DNA of 64,000 bases, taken from NCBI GenBank assembly GCA_951406725.2, contig OX597829.1, positions 28,334,001-28,398,000 of the forward strand, read 5' to 3'. How positions within the stretch are numbered: position 1 is the first letter of the stretch; each line of letters begins with the position of its first letter. Origin of the DNA: Octopus vulgaris. Its lineage: Eukaryota. Shown here one piece after another: positions 41,855-55,779 of the stretch. The position numbers were made by a program, and so were the translations under genes. Under the pieces are notes generated by a model. The model did not search any database and was not told the DNA's origin. It saw only the letters and a program-made list of their open reading frames with translations.

Positions 41855-42970
41855 ACAGTGCTCAGGAGCACTACAACTCACAAAAAATTAAAAGAAAGTA
41901 GCCAAAAGTGCATGAACACAGAACATAGAATAATACACAAGAAGTGAACAGTGAAAGAGTTGTTAAAAAAAAAGTGGAGGTGAGTATCAGGTGTACTAAT
42001 GGTGAATTTCAGGAAGCATGGAAGTTTTGATGGCTGTCATGACCTAACAGCTAACAGCTGATGCAGGTAGTTTATTCCATACTTCTGCAATTCTCAGCAT
42101 GAAAAAATGTTTTTAAAAGTTATAGGTACTGTGTTTTATTTTGATTTTGTAAGCATGTCCACAAGTGTTAGCATGTTCACGTATGGAATTCAAAAAGATG
42201 CCCAAAGTTGTTACTGAAAAGATGGTGGATAATCTTATGAGTGTCTACCAAGTTAGTAGTCAGATGTTGGGACTTTAATGTATCCATGACCAAGGAAACA
42301 AGACATTCAGAGTGTGGTAGGTACCTATTGGCAGGTTTTCATTTGCATATTTCAGAACAGTTTCCAGGAGATCGATATGCTGAGCAAAATGGGGGCTCAA
42401 GACTGGTGATGCAAACTCTAAGTGTGGGCGTACGACAGTCATACACAGCTTTAAACAGATAGCTGGAAAGTGGCTAATAAAGGTCTTACTAAATGATGCT
42501 AAGACACCCTTAGTCTTCTTGAAAACATTCCATGTTAATTTATATTCCAAATATTATCTTAATGATGACAAATTTATTTTACTAAATTCTTCATTGAAAC
42601 AAATTAAGTATATTTTATCAGAAATATATCAAAAGATTAAAGTGATCTAACACCCGTGGATATATTTACAAAGTCAGAAAACAGCACAGCTCCCATGACT
42701 TTCGGAAACATTTTCTCACGCTAAGAGTTGCTGAAGCATGGAACAAACTGTCAGCATCAGTTGTTAGTTGTTGGAGCACTGCATCCTTCAAAACTTCCAT
42801 GCTTTCTGAGATTCGCCAATACTACACCTGATTTTCTCCCCTCCATACACACACAAGCATGTATCTGACTCATACATTGTTTGCTTTCCAGACATTTGTA
42901 CATTACTGCATACACTTTATACGCACTTTCTGACAAGTTGTGGTGCACCTGAGCACTGTATACAATAATT

Positions 42971-43015
<45 letters not shown>

Positions 43016-43018
43016 ATT
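41855..43018. mobile_element. Two CR1/L2-group LINE 3' fragments in opposite orientation (41855-42530 -, 42650-43018 +)
   Basis: VVRPHLEFASPVLSPH on the minus strand; FRKHFLTLRVAEAWNKL and an (ATT)n tail on the plus strand; the two 3' regions are mutually reverse-complementary. Confidence 0.8.
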
Positions 43019-44894
43019 AAATTCAAAGCCTCAAATTTTGGAAACAGGTTCAATTGATTAAATTGACTCAGTAAAATTATGAGTACTTATCTTACGGTGT
43101 CCATAAGCTTAGGTAAGGGGATATTGTAATTCTTTTGTTACCTATTTCTCTGTTGGAAAACACTGCACATTAATTGACTGTGTAAAAAGGAGTTATTCCC
43201 CTTGCTAAGCGTTTTAGAACCAGACCTTCATAGAATAATTATTTGAATTATAGTGTTGGACTCTGTCAATACGTTTTCTTGATTGGGAGGTGGAATTCTG
43301 GTTTAAGCACTCCATAACATTTTTTATTTTGGTGGATTTTCCGAAAAATTTTTGAAAATTTTTATTCTTCACATGGGAATTCATATAATTATGAAAAAAA
43401 AAGTAACTTTTAAACACATTTTTTTACCCCCACCCCATAAATTCTAAAAGTTTCACTCTTTTTGGAAATTTTTTTAAAAATAGAGTTCAAAATGCAGACA
43501 GTCCAAATTTTTGGTTTAAATCCCAACAATGAATCACCCTTGGGTGCATCATCATTCCATTAAAAACATCAATACATGTCAGAGTGACAAAGAAATAAAG
43601 ACAGTATTGGGTGGTTGTGAGATGTGCTAGAAATAACAGCCAAATTGCCCTTAAATCACACACACACAAAAAAATTTTTCTTTTTCCTAATTGTATGAAT
43701 TCCCAGGTGTAGAACGCAAATTCACAAAAATTTTCTGAAAATTTCCCAAAATAAAAAAAAAAGCCTAAATCAACTAAAGCTTTAAGAGTGGTCTTGGTAG
43801 ATGGAAACTGAAAGAAGCCTGTTGCATATATGTGGTGTATATCTATGTGTGTATATGTATCTTTGTTTAACGCCACCACATCACTTGACAACTAGTGTTG
43901 GGTTTTTTTATGTCCCTATAACTTAGCAGTTCAGAAAAAAAAAACTGATAGAATAAGTACCAAACTTTAAAATAACAAAAAAAAAGTAGTTGGGTTGGTC
44001 AACTAAAACCTTTGTAGGCAGTGCCCCAGCATGGCTACAGTCCAATGACTGAAACAAGTAAAAGATAAAAGATAGAAAAGGGGTTTGCAAATAAAATTTT
44101 TTGTCACCTGTATTGTAATATAGAGAGATCTCGGAAGATTCATCTCCATGTAAGTATTTAGAACTCATTGGGAAATCTGAATTTAGCAATGCAAACTAAC
44201 AAACCCTTAGAGACTGATATAGTAAGATATGGCAAAAATTAGCAATATGTCAATATATAAGTAAAACCATCAAAAAATTCCACTAAATTTCAAATGACTG
44301 CTTCAATAAGATCTGCTATAGTTGTTATTTTCTCTAAAAAAATCAAAGTTTTTAAAAAAAGTTTTTTTTTACAAAGAATTGGTTATTATTCTTTGACTCA
44401 CCAATATTCAGGGCATTGTTGTCTACTTTTATTTTTCCAAATTTATACTGCTGAAGTGATTTCTAAACGTCTAATCATTTACATATATATTGGGATTTGC
44501 AGCCATTCTTATTAGTGTAGATTGGGCTGAAGATATTGCTAAAACAATCTCTTAATCATATAAATGTAAGTTCACAACTCAAACACACCTATATACACTG
44601 GTTTAACATCTATAACTCAGTGAAACAGTTAATAATGCACCTACAGTTGGAGGCAACATGTGTCTACATTCAGAACCTCTGCAATGTTAAACTTGACAGA
44701 AATACAATAGGAAAACACAAAGTGTATTGCTTGAAACTAATGATAAGAAAATTGTTATAAGTACACAAATACAAACAAAAAAATCTTTTAGATAAGATAA
44801 GTGTAAGTACACAAAATACTTCTCTTAAACAAATAATGCAAATAAGAAATAAACTTTTATTCATATAAAGTAATCATCGATTTATGATATGTAA

Positions 44895-45285
44895 TCTATA
44901 TATATAAAGCTGAAGTTGTCTGTGTGTGGCAGGTTTGATAGCCTTCAACCAACACTATCTCCTCCAAGATTTTGTGGCGCAAGTTGACCAAAATTGAAAG
45001 TATGATAGAAGAAGGCTTGCTCTTCATTCTGTAGAAGATAAAATTCAAATCGAACCATGTTAAGACCAAAAATTATTTCCATCAAAAAGGTGCTTTTTTT
45101 CTATGAAAATCCCTATTTTTTACGATTTTTTTTACTGCTGTATCGCCATTTTTCGGTGTATTTCAACCAGAAAAATGTTCACTTAAAGAGAATAACAAGC
45201 TACATGATGCAAAATTTTTACTTTTCAAAAATTCCAATTCTAAAGGGTTGAAACAAACCCGAGCAATGTTGGGTGATACTGCTAG
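44895..45285 (+). mobile_element. Non-autonomous Helitron
   Basis: a|TCtatatatataaag ... cccgagcaatgttgggtgatactgCTAG|t. Confidence 0.78.
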
Positions 45286-48138
45286 TGTATGTATATAATT
45301 CAAGAAAAGATAAGTGATGTAGGTATATCTGTTTGAAACTTCCTCCTTTGCACTTTGATTGCATTTAGCACTTTAGAATAAATTCCCTTTGTTCAAAATT
45401 TAATCTGGCTCCTTTCATTATTTCTAATGGGTTAAATTTAAAAAGAAATGAAAATTAAGTGTGTTTATCAGCTGTGAAAGTGTGCATATAATTTTTGGGA
45501 CATCGCATGTAGGCTTCTTTCCTATCTCATAGGTGAATTGTGAGACAGGAATTGTAATGTGAAAGGCTCATTGCTTTTTCAAGGGCTGTTATTGGGAAAA
45601 TTACATTCCAAGAATAGATCATGCTCTCAGTAAAGATACCTGAACCAAAGAGTGTTTGTCCAGAACACTGCTTGACAGCCAGTGCTGGTGTGTTTACATT
45701 CCCGTAACTTAGTGGTTTGGCAAAAGAGACATATAGACCAATTACTGTAGTATTTGTCCTGAAATAAAAACTATTATAGATTTCCTAAGGGAAAAAAATG
45801 AATCTGGTGTTATCCCTGACCACTGTTGGGATGAATTTTCATCACTCTCTCTAAAATTTATGCTGTTTTTAACACAGCAAGTTTATAAAAGATATTATCT
45901 CACAACAAATATTGTAGTAACAAAGGAAATACAACAAAAAAAGTCAGACTATTAAAACAAAAATGATAAGAAAATAGACGAAACCACAAATCATGTTGCC
46001 TTTTCTTGAAACAGTCATGTTCTAGTAAATATTCAACAATAGATCAGATGATTAACTGAAAACAAAAGAGTACTTTTCTCATTCATCCAACGTCTCAATA
46101 ATTTTCATGTGCATGATCTGGAAATCACTAACACAATGGATATTTGCATTACAAAGCAATATCAGGAAAATAGAAACATGGATTATACTCAGGGAAAATA
46201 TTTCTGTTTCAAATCAATAGCCCTTCATAATTCAATGGAAAAATTATTGGTGCAGGTGTAGCTGTGTGGTAAGACACTTGCTTCTCAATCACGTGGTTTC
46301 TGGGTTCAGTCTCACAGTGTGGCACATTGAGCAAGGTTTTCTACATTAGCCTCAGGCTGATTAAAGCCTTGCGTGTGGATTTGGTTGACAGAAACTGAAA
46401 GAAGAACTGAAAGGCGGTGAGCTGGCAGAAACATTAGCATACCGGGTGAAATGCTTAGCGGTATTTCGTCTGCCGCTACATTCTGAGTTCAAATTCCGCC
46501 AAGGTCGACTTTGCCTTTCATCCATTCGGGGTTGATTAAATAAGTACCAGTTACACACTGGAGTTGATATAATCAACTCAATCTGTTTGTCTGTCCTTGT
46601 TTGTCCCCTCCATGTTTAGCCCCTTGTGGGCAGTAAAGAAATAAGAAACCGAAAGAAGCATTTTGCGTGTGTGTGTATGTCTGTGTGTGTTTGTGAGTGG
46701 GTGTATCTTTGTGTCTGTGTTTGTCCCAGACCACTGCTTGACAACCGGTGCTGGTGTATTTACATTTACATAACTTAGTGGTTTGGTAAAAGAGACAAAT
46801 AGAATAAGTACCAGATTTCACAGATAAAAGATAAATGATAGCTGTAAGCCTAATGGTTAGGATGTTGCACTAATGAGAATAAGATTGTGGCTTTGATTCC
46901 CAAACCAGTGGTGCTCTTCTGATTTGGCTGTGCTCATACCACCTCCATCCATGTACTCCTATCCTGTTCACTTTTCCTTCCCTTATAATTCTTGTTGTGT
47001 CCAATCTCTTAGTCCTTCCTTGAATGCCATCCCTCTAGAGTCCTTTCCCTGCTCGTGTTTTTCTTGCAACCCAAATGTTCAAGAGGAACATTAATGGCAT
47101 CAGTTTCACTGCTCTAAAATGGTCTGCACAGGCTGCGGATACTAACCCCCTCTTCCAGACTCAGTTAAGTAGGAAAGAAGACTTGTTAGTTCAGAAAATC
47201 AGGGGCTGTTGTAAAAGGAGAAAGAGAGGGAAGAAGGAAAGGGGGTCGGGGAGGAGGAAGAGGTGGAGGAGGAAGTGGAGGATTGTTGCATTGATAATTG
47301 AATCAGTGGAACTCAAGTGATTAGCCTTCTATTAACTGCGAATGTAGTATGTGTGTGTGAGTGTGTGTGCACAAGCATGCATGTGTGTTTAAGTATCATT
47401 CTATCATTGGCCCAGATATATGGATAAGACACTAATTTGGGTCTCACAGCTACAACTAAAAAGTCTTCGCTAATATACATGCATACATACATACATACAT
47501 ACATACATACACACACACACATACATACATACATACATACGTATGTACATATGCTCATGTAGGGGTAACACAACATGTCCACTGAATAGCTGCTGTAGCA
47601 CAGAGACCATTGTATAAAAGGCAAAAATAACAGCAATAGGACCAAATGGGCAACAAAATGAGCAAAAGTATGTGGGAGCAATTGAAGTGTGGTTTTTAAA
47701 ATGTCTATTCAGATTTCAATTAATTGTAGCAGTTTTATTTACATGTTGCTGTGTAGAGTATATTATTTATTCAGAGTTTTCTTCAGATCGAGTAGCCCAT
47801 CCCACTCAAACGGTACTTGAACAAGGGTTGCTTAAGGATATTAAATGAAACACCCATGTTTCCAGAGGTGAATTATTCAAACCCCAAAGAGTTCCTCTCA
47901 ACACTTGACTATGATGTTCTCCCAATATTTCAGTTTATGATCATAGATGCACATATTATCAGCAACCAAGGGACATGCTCAACTGGTTATGGTCAAATAA
48001 CTGACCAGCAAATCTGTGGTATTGAGCAGAATATTTATTGTAGCCCATCTTTTATACCAAAACATATACATGATAACACTTCCAATCTGGTAAAATCGGA
48101 GGCCATGAGAGCTATTGCCTGGTACTGCATCAGGGTAT

Positions 48139-48264
<126 letters not shown>

Positions 48265-48329
48265 TAAATATTTATTATTATAATCATTATTGTAACTAGC
48301 ATAATTACAATAGATGGTGAATTGTGTTT

Positions 48330-48800
48330 TTTTAAATTGTTTAAATGTATATTTTCCCAAGTGTGGACATCTTAGAGCATGTTCCCATCTTGTGTTCATA
48401 AGAGTAAATTTAGAAGTGAAAATTTGGTTACATCTGTTACCAACTATTCTATAAGGTTTTGCCTTACTAATTATTTCCTAGCCAATTAAATGTACTTTGT
48501 TATCTTTTAGTGCCCAAATTAGTTTACTAAGGTTAGTAGTATTTATTTTATCCCTATATCTAAGCAAATTTAAACGAATGGCAATTCTTTGCTTAATGTA
48601 TGAGCTAGCTCTGATACAGAAGTACTCCCTTTTCTCTGAGGTCACCTTACATCTGTATATAGTATTTCTATATCTACAATTAGAGTTAAGCAGGCAAACC
48701 CTGTTCTTTGCACAATTGCATTTGATAGTCCTACTACTTCAGCTTTACTATAGGTGTTTTCTAAATTCTGTATATCTTCTAAGCTACTACTCTTTCCTAC
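48330..48800 (-). mobile_element. Neptune-like Penelope element GIY-YIG endonuclease remnant
   Basis: Manual translation: CNCAKNRVCLLNSNCRYRNTIYRCKVTSEKREYFCI...TTNLSKLIWALKD...EIISKAKPY..GNRCN...LMNTRWEHALRCPH. Confidence 0.75.
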
Positions 48801-50675
48801 ATACACCACATTCTTAGTACTGCACTTCTAGGATTCACACCTTCCACTTTCAGGCTAATGTGGTAGCTTGTTCAGGTAGCTTCCATTTTATCGGTTGTCA
48901 AATAATAGTTCCTGTCCTGACACTGAGTTGGGTTACTTATGATTTGTTCACTTATGTGTGTATGTGTTGTGTGTGTGTGAGAGTGTGTGTGTATATAGAT
49001 AGATGGATAGATAGTCAGGCAGATGCATACATACATATATGCATACATAGATTGATAGATAGACAAATAAATAGTTGATAGACAGACAAACAAACAGATA
49101 GACAGACAGTGAGAGAGAAAGACAGATAGATAGATAGGTAGGTAGATAGATAGATAGATAGATAGATAGATGGAGTAGAACTGGGAACAGTTGTGGCCAA
49201 GAGGTAGTTCCACATTTCTCAAAACCTGGAGATCCTGTACCAGGGACCCATTACTGGATACTGTTTAACATCACAACCAGGACATCTATGTGTGTGTGTG
49301 TTTGTCCCTCCACCAGTGCTTGTTGGTGTGTTTGTGTCCCTGTAACTTAGTGGTTCAGCAAAAGAAACCAATAGAATAAGTACTAGACTTAAAAAAAGAA
49401 GTACTGGGGTTGGTTCATTTATTAAATAAAAATTCAAGGCAGTGATCCAGTATATACACACATACATATATACAGAGAAAGAGAGAAAGCAAGAGATAGA
49501 TAGGTATACCTAAGTATACATGCATGAATGATACACACGTGTGTGTGTGCGTGTGTATCACTTGTGACCAAACGTGCATTGAAATGAGGAAATGATGATA
49601 GAGATCAGTGGCTGGGATCTCTGTATGCACACACATACATATGCATGTGTTTATGAATATATTTGTGTGTATATGAACATATTTGTATTCTGTTAACCCA
49701 ATACTTAATGCTACCCTCTGCATGCCAGAAATTCATCCTCTTATCTACCTGTTGATCACCTTCCCTCTTTCACCCATCTCCGTATTCGCTTCAGTTATCT
49801 CATATCCTGCCATTTCTTACCTCCCCCGTCACCTATGAAGCTTGCAAACTATGAATGGTCACTTTGCATATTCCCTTTCATCCCTCTACTTACCCCTTCA
49901 TTCACTAGACCTGGTCGATCCTCATTACTCTGCTTGTGTCTACCTTCCCTCCTCCATCCAGCTCTCAATTTACTTCAATCGTCACTTTATCAATCATATT
50001 ATCTGTCATCTCACCACTCGTCATGTTCACACATTCATTACCATCCATTACTCTCCTAACCTTGACACCAAAAATGGAATAGACTGCCATTAAAATGCTG
50101 TTTGCAAAATGCTTGCAGGGAATTGCACCAATTGCATATCTATTCTTGAAACAGCTGTAAGGGAGAACTTGCATGTCTTCTTCTTGTGTTCTCTTTCACT
50201 TTTATATTTTAACTACAATAACCTGACTTAATCTATTATCTAATATCAATACTACTGACTAATTTTATAATTATTCCAAGACCATGCCAACATATATTAC
50301 AACCATCATGAACATTCTTCAGCCAATTTTTTATAGATTTCTTGTGATTTAAAAGCCTGAAACATCCTTTTCTACATTCAAACTGTATAAATATATAAAA
50401 GTCATAATCTAACCAGATACTAGTTGCTTGCCTGTCTGTACCTTAATTCTATTATGCATGTACCAGCTCGATTGAAGCACTGTCAATAATTAAACCTCAT
50501 TTAAACAGTAATAATAACATCCCAGCATTTTTAGTTACAGATCAAGTTGGAATTCAAGGAGTGAGTCAACTTGAGCCCTAATTCATGTAACTATTAGATT
50601 ATGTCATTGTCATATTACCTAATAACAGCAATGTAACTATGCACATGCTTTTCCTTTTGAACTTTTCCTCTTCTC

Positions 50676-50827
50676 CTTTCTGATGAAGAGTTGTACTCGA
50701 AATGTCAATAACGCTCTTTTTACTGAGCATCAAACTAATACTTTCTTGGTGCATAATTTTATTGTTCGTCTATTTGACTATATATATATCCTGTTTCTGA
50801 AGAAGAGCTTTGCTTGAAACATAAAAC
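50676..50827 (+). ncRNA. Tandem pair of minimal hammerhead-like motifs in PLE-type repeats
   Basis: cuuu CUGAUGA a gagu-ugu-acuc GAAA U GUC (50676-50710) and guuu CUGAAGA a gagc-uuu-gcuu GAAA C AUA aaac (50793-50827). Confidence 0.6.
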
Positions 50828-50949
50828 CACCTTTCCTTCCCTGAGTGTCTGCTAATACTTTGCATGTACCATGTCATTGTGTTGTTTTTTTTCTTATGTT
50901 TGTTCTTTGTTTTTGGGGATTTACTATATATGTGTGTGTGTATGTATGT

Positions 50950-51271
50950 GAAGGCGCATGGCTTAGTGGTTAGAGCATTTGGCTCACGATTGAAAGGTCA
51001 TGAGTTTGATTCCCGGCGACACATTGTGTCCTTGAGCAATACACTTTATTTCACGTTGCTCCAGTCCATTCAGCTGGCAAAAATGAGTTGTACCTGTATT
51101 TCAAAGGGCCGGCCTTGTCACACACTGTGTCACGCTGAATCTCCTTGAGAACTACGTTAGGGGTACGTGTGTCTGTGGATTGCTCAGTCACTTGCACGTT
51201 AATTTCATGAGCAGGCTGTTCCGTTGACCGTATCAGCTGGGACCCTCATTGTTGTAACCGATGGAGTGCTC
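50950..51271 (+). mobile_element. tRNA-derived SINE
   Basis: tggcttagtggttagag...gagtttgattccc head followed by a tgtgtccttgagcaa core. Confidence 0.8.
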
Positions 51272-51688
51272 CTTTTAAATATATATATGTGTGTGTGTAT
51301 GTGTGTAACGGTAGTGTTATGTTAAAGGTGAAGATGATGATGTTGACTTCAAGAAAGAAAGACAGTGGTCAAGTTGTAGATAGCATATTTATTTCACCAT
51401 TACATACAATCAAAGTCAAACCATGATGGGCAGGCATGTACAAAAACAGTCGGAAAGCATATGAGGTAATGAGAGTTATATTTTCTTGTAAAAGGGTAGA
51501 TAGTGTTGGGGCTTACATATTCCCATATTCCCCATTGTTCTAGCAGCAATAACTAAATGGTGCAAGTGATATTGTTGAAACGAAAGTGGGTGAGAAAGTA
51601 AGAAAGGAGTGGACAAGACAGCTGTATCACTGGTGGATTCCATAGCTGTCCTTCTGTGAGGTTTTGTAGAGATGGTATTTCCAGCCGG

Positions 51689-51916
51689 GCGAGCTGGCAG
51701 AAACGTTAGCACGCCGGGACGAAATGCGAAGCCGTTTTTCGTCTGCCGTTACGTTCTGAGTTCAAATTCCGCCGAGGTCGACTTTGCCTTTCATCCTTTC
51801 GGGGTCGATAAATTAAGTACCATTTACGCACTGGGGTCGATGTAATCGACTTAATCCCTTTGTCTGTCCTTGTTTGTCCCCTCTATGTTTAGCCCCTTGT
51901 GGGTAATAAGGAAATA
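51689..51916 (+). mobile_element. Young tRNA-derived SINE with 14-bp TSD
   Basis: CpG-rich copy; TSD gtatttcSagccgg at 51675-51688 and 51917-51930. Confidence 0.9.
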
Positions 51917-52261
51917 GTATTTCGAGCCGGTCGGCCTGCTGTCTGTCAGTTACTACCTTTTCCTTACAAAATGCTGGTAGTTATAATTGTGCCGACTAGC
52001 TGGAAAAATGGATATATCGTTATAAAAATGGTTAAATTAATGTAGGTTAAACTTTGTTTATCGAAACTTTCGATGGCATAGAAAAGCTATCAGTCAAGTG
52101 AAAAACACATAAATGAAGGTTATTTTTTTTTTGACAGGGCAATAGGCCGTATGACTGGGGAGAATTTCTAAATTCGGTTTCAGATCTCGAGCAGACGGGG
52201 TCCAAACGAGGTCCTACATTTATATATACGTAAATGCACACACACACCCACATGCACACAC

Positions 52262-52331
<70 letters not shown>

Positions 52332-52599
52332 TGTGTATGGGAGAAAATATTTCTCCTAAATGGATATGTCAGGCCGGGTAGTTTTTCACAATTCGGGTCC
52401 GTCAAATATCGAACTTTTAGAACTATTGTGTAATAGTTCGACAGTACGATCGGTGGTTTGCTGCAATAACAATACTTGGTACACACTTATATGTACTCTT
52501 ACATTCCCTCTCTTTCTCTCTTAAACTCTGTTACCCTTATTGAGAGTAGTTACGGCGCTGTCTGTACGACTAACAAGTCAACGAAACTCCCCACCCCTT

Positions 52600-52775
52600 T
52601 TAAAGTATTTACTATCAGTACATTTGTAAACCGTTATCTAACATCACTGCTGCGTCACATGTGGAGGAGTTAGTTCCATCACAAATGTCGACTTAATTGC
52701 TCTCATACGCGTTCGTCTTCTCTAAGTCCGGGGCTTTATTTCACACTGGGACCTGTAACAGAAACCGAAGGAAAA
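52600..52775 (+). promoter_or_regulatory. Probable promoter/5' UTR of the carrier gene
   Basis: CpG-retaining unique sequence with a CRE-like TGCGTCA at 52651, upstream of aaaaATG. Confidence 0.4.
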
Positions 52776-52845
52776 ATGTCGACAACACATGTACCAAATG
52801 TATATCTACTACCAGTGATCCAGTTCGCATCTGGTGGTTGCGCCG
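52776..52845 (+). CDS. SLC25A21: Mitochondrial carrier (SLC25) first exon, probably 2-oxodicarboxylate carrier
   Basis: MSTTHVPNVYLLPVIQFASGGCA+G then |gtcggt (70 nt, phase 1); resembles yeast Odc1 LPFIYQFTAGAIAG and vertebrate SLC25A21 RQIVAGGSAG. Exon 2 (..HPLDVVKTR) was not found in the window, so the subfamily call is tentative. Confidence 0.62.
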
Positions 52846-53251
52846 GTCGGTATCTGTTCATTCCTTTCGTTTTAACTTATGTCAGTTACACGTATATTAT
52901 TAACTCTACACGTTCACACACACACGAGCTGGTTAATATGTGCACACATACACGCAGACACTCATACGTACTCGTGTATTTATACACATACGTGGTCGAT
53001 CTGAAATCACGTCTCTGGCAACCGCATTCACACCTATGATATATTAATTAGAATATAAATCGATTCCATTCAAGACACTATGCACTGTAAATATATGAAT
53101 GGATCCCAGTACTTGGCTAGTATTTCGTCATATTAACTCTAATAACATTATAACTAACGGCAAGGGGGGCTCTACGTGGTTATTTTTCTGCTAGAAATAG
53201 GAACCAAATCTTTCATTAATCACACCCCCTTACTGTCTCAAAAACAAAGTA

Positions 53252-53381
53252 CAGGGTCATTCAAAAGTCACCATACATAAGAACAATTTATTTTTTTCAT
53301 AAAAACAGTTTTTTTTTTATTCAACTGTTTCTTATAAAAAAATTAATTTTTCCTATGTATGGTGACTTTTGAATCACCCCG
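53252..53381. mobile_element. Palindromic Tc1/mariner-type MITE
   Basis: TA-cagggtcattcaaaagtcaccatacata ... tatgtatggtgacttttgaatcaccccg-TA; almost entirely self-complementary. Confidence 0.85.
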
Positions 53382-54637
53382 TATATCACACCTGATACTT
53401 CTTGACAGATGCTTTATTTTATCGACTTCGGCGGCGGTAAAACTGACCTAGCCGAGATTTGAAACTCAGGACGTAAAGAACTGGAAAAAAATGCTGCTAA
53501 GCATTTTGTCTTGACGAGATATACATGTCTAGTGATATTTGTTACTTTTATACCTCCACTATATTTTCTATGATTTTTTTAATTTTTGGTACAGGCTAAA
53601 GAAACCGTAAAGCTGTGTAATAATGTGTTAAAATGATGTCAGAAGTGTGAATGTCACAGACGTTTATAGATTACTTAACTAATCTTAGATAAATATCGCT
53701 AGATAGAAACACGATCTACTTGTGTACACACTCAGTCTGACTATAATGTTATCGTATCACTGTTTACCAGTGTCTAATTCAATGGACTGTCTTCAGTTCA
53801 ACTTCGACTTCTACGTTTTGGCATACCAACACAAGTTTGTTGCCTCATAAATCTCAGGAAAACGGATATGTTTTCATGAAAATTTAAACAAATACGCTTC
53901 AGGTGGCGTAGATTCCGATTATGCTTGGAATTTGTGGTGACAATAATTTTGACGGGAGGAGTTGGGTGAGGAGTTTCGGAAAATTTGTGCGAGTCAGCTT
54001 TATTTCCTCATAACTTTCAGAAAAATGGGTAATCTTTTTTTTTTTTTAATGAAGTTTTCTACAGATACCTTTCAGAGGTTGTAGATTACGATTATGTCGG
54101 AATTTAATATTAAAAAAAAATAAAATAAAATAAAAAATTGGCAGGTTCGTATATCACATATATATAAATATCTACAAAATGAAACTTGAAATTTCGAAAA
54201 ATCATTGTGCTATTTGTCAATATGTGTGCGTATCCACCAATTTTCTTTTCCCATAGCATCCTGCGTTACATCACTAGTATGATCCAAGATCTTTAATATT
54301 ATTATTCCATTCACATCTAGGATGTTTTCAGCTTAGTTTTAATTAGTTTCGCTTATATTTGCGGCATGACCCTCAGGTGTACCTTGAGTTTTTGAAGCGA
54401 GTCGGAAAATAGTTGTAAGTGTAGAAAGGTTGAGTGTTTTTAATTCACTATACCGATGCACATTTATTCGTTTGTAGCAAATTGCAATGCATGATCCGGT
54501 AAGTTTTTTTTTCTTGGTGAAAATCGTGCGGTTGTTACTCAAAAAATTAATCCATGCTCCTAATTCTGTTTTATCATAGTATTAATATTAATTTCTTTTC
54601 GTATAGTATGTAACTTTTAAAAAGCTGACGGCGTACT

Positions 54638-54913
54638 CTTGCGGGAACTTTTGAAGTAATATACATACATATACACATACACCGAGTAAAAAATTTCAGT
54701 TATCTCTTTCTTTCACACATTACTCTGTCTCTTCACACACACTAACAGAAGCACTTCACTTACACAACATACTGTCTGTCTCCCACACCCCATCAAACAC
54801 ACACATGTACATCAATGCTTCACATGCACGGTAACTTGAAAAGAACTTCCCTCGTCATACAATCGCTTTCTCTTAGTCTCTTTCGCTCTCATTACTTCAA
54901 AAGTTCTCGCAAG
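54638..54913. mobile_element. MITE with ~23-bp TIRs
   Basis: cttgcgggaacttttgaagtaat / attacttcaaaagttctcgcaag. Confidence 0.7.
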
Positions 54914-55779
54914 CCCATATGTAAAAAAAAAAAAATTTTTACGGAAATCGACGGAAAGGTCTACTAGAGACGAAAGATTGCTCATTTTTTAATCTCTGGA
55001 CCCCTTTGATTACCATTTTATCCGGGTGGATCCCTATGACCATTCGATGTTTATAAACTAGTTTTGTAGATGCTTTCAAAGTTCCCATTTTGCTTTTGAC
55101 ACATTAACTTCTTTAGGTAAAACTATGTAAAATGTTTAAGAAATTTAGCTGTTTCTTGCAATAAATAGATCGAAGTCAAACCTTTTATATGGACCCTTAA
55201 AATACTACTGTGGATCCCCAGTTCACTATTTTGCTTCTGTGGAGCCCTACGGGTCATATGAATCTCGGTTGAGAACCCCTGGTTTATAGAAAATTTAAGC
55301 CAACCTCAATACTTGTTCTTTATTTTATTAACCCCAAAAGGATGAAAGGCAAAGATGAATAGAACCAAGGCTTCATCTCGAAACGTAAAGGACCTTAACT
55401 AATTATAGCAAGGTATTACCGATTCTGGCATCTCACAGTTATAAAGTCAGTAAAATTACCTTGTAGTTTCCATTTTTCAAGAGGGCCAGGTGTAATTTAA
55501 CCCTTTTGTTACCATATTTCAGTCTCAATACATTCGTTTCGTTTCATTTAATTTTGAAAATAATGAAGGATTGAGTAAAATAATTTGTTCCTTATTAAGC
55601 TGGTGTTTGGAAGGAAGGTTTTAATTTAGATCACTTGAAAACAAGAGGTTTGTACCTCAGTGCCAGGGTTGGGAGAATATGTCTGCAGTTTCTAGTAAAT
55701 TGATAGATCACATATAGGCTATCTTGTAAAGTATTGGTATGAGGATATGTAACAAGTACTGAATACAAATGGTGAGATG

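Noticed and set aside
44100-44200. Possible exon with splice-like signals on either strand
   Set aside because: No recognisable protein similarity and no partner exons.
50230-50360. Possible minus-strand terminal exon (AFKSQEIYKKLAEECS*)
   Set aside because: Weak acceptor and no homology recognised.
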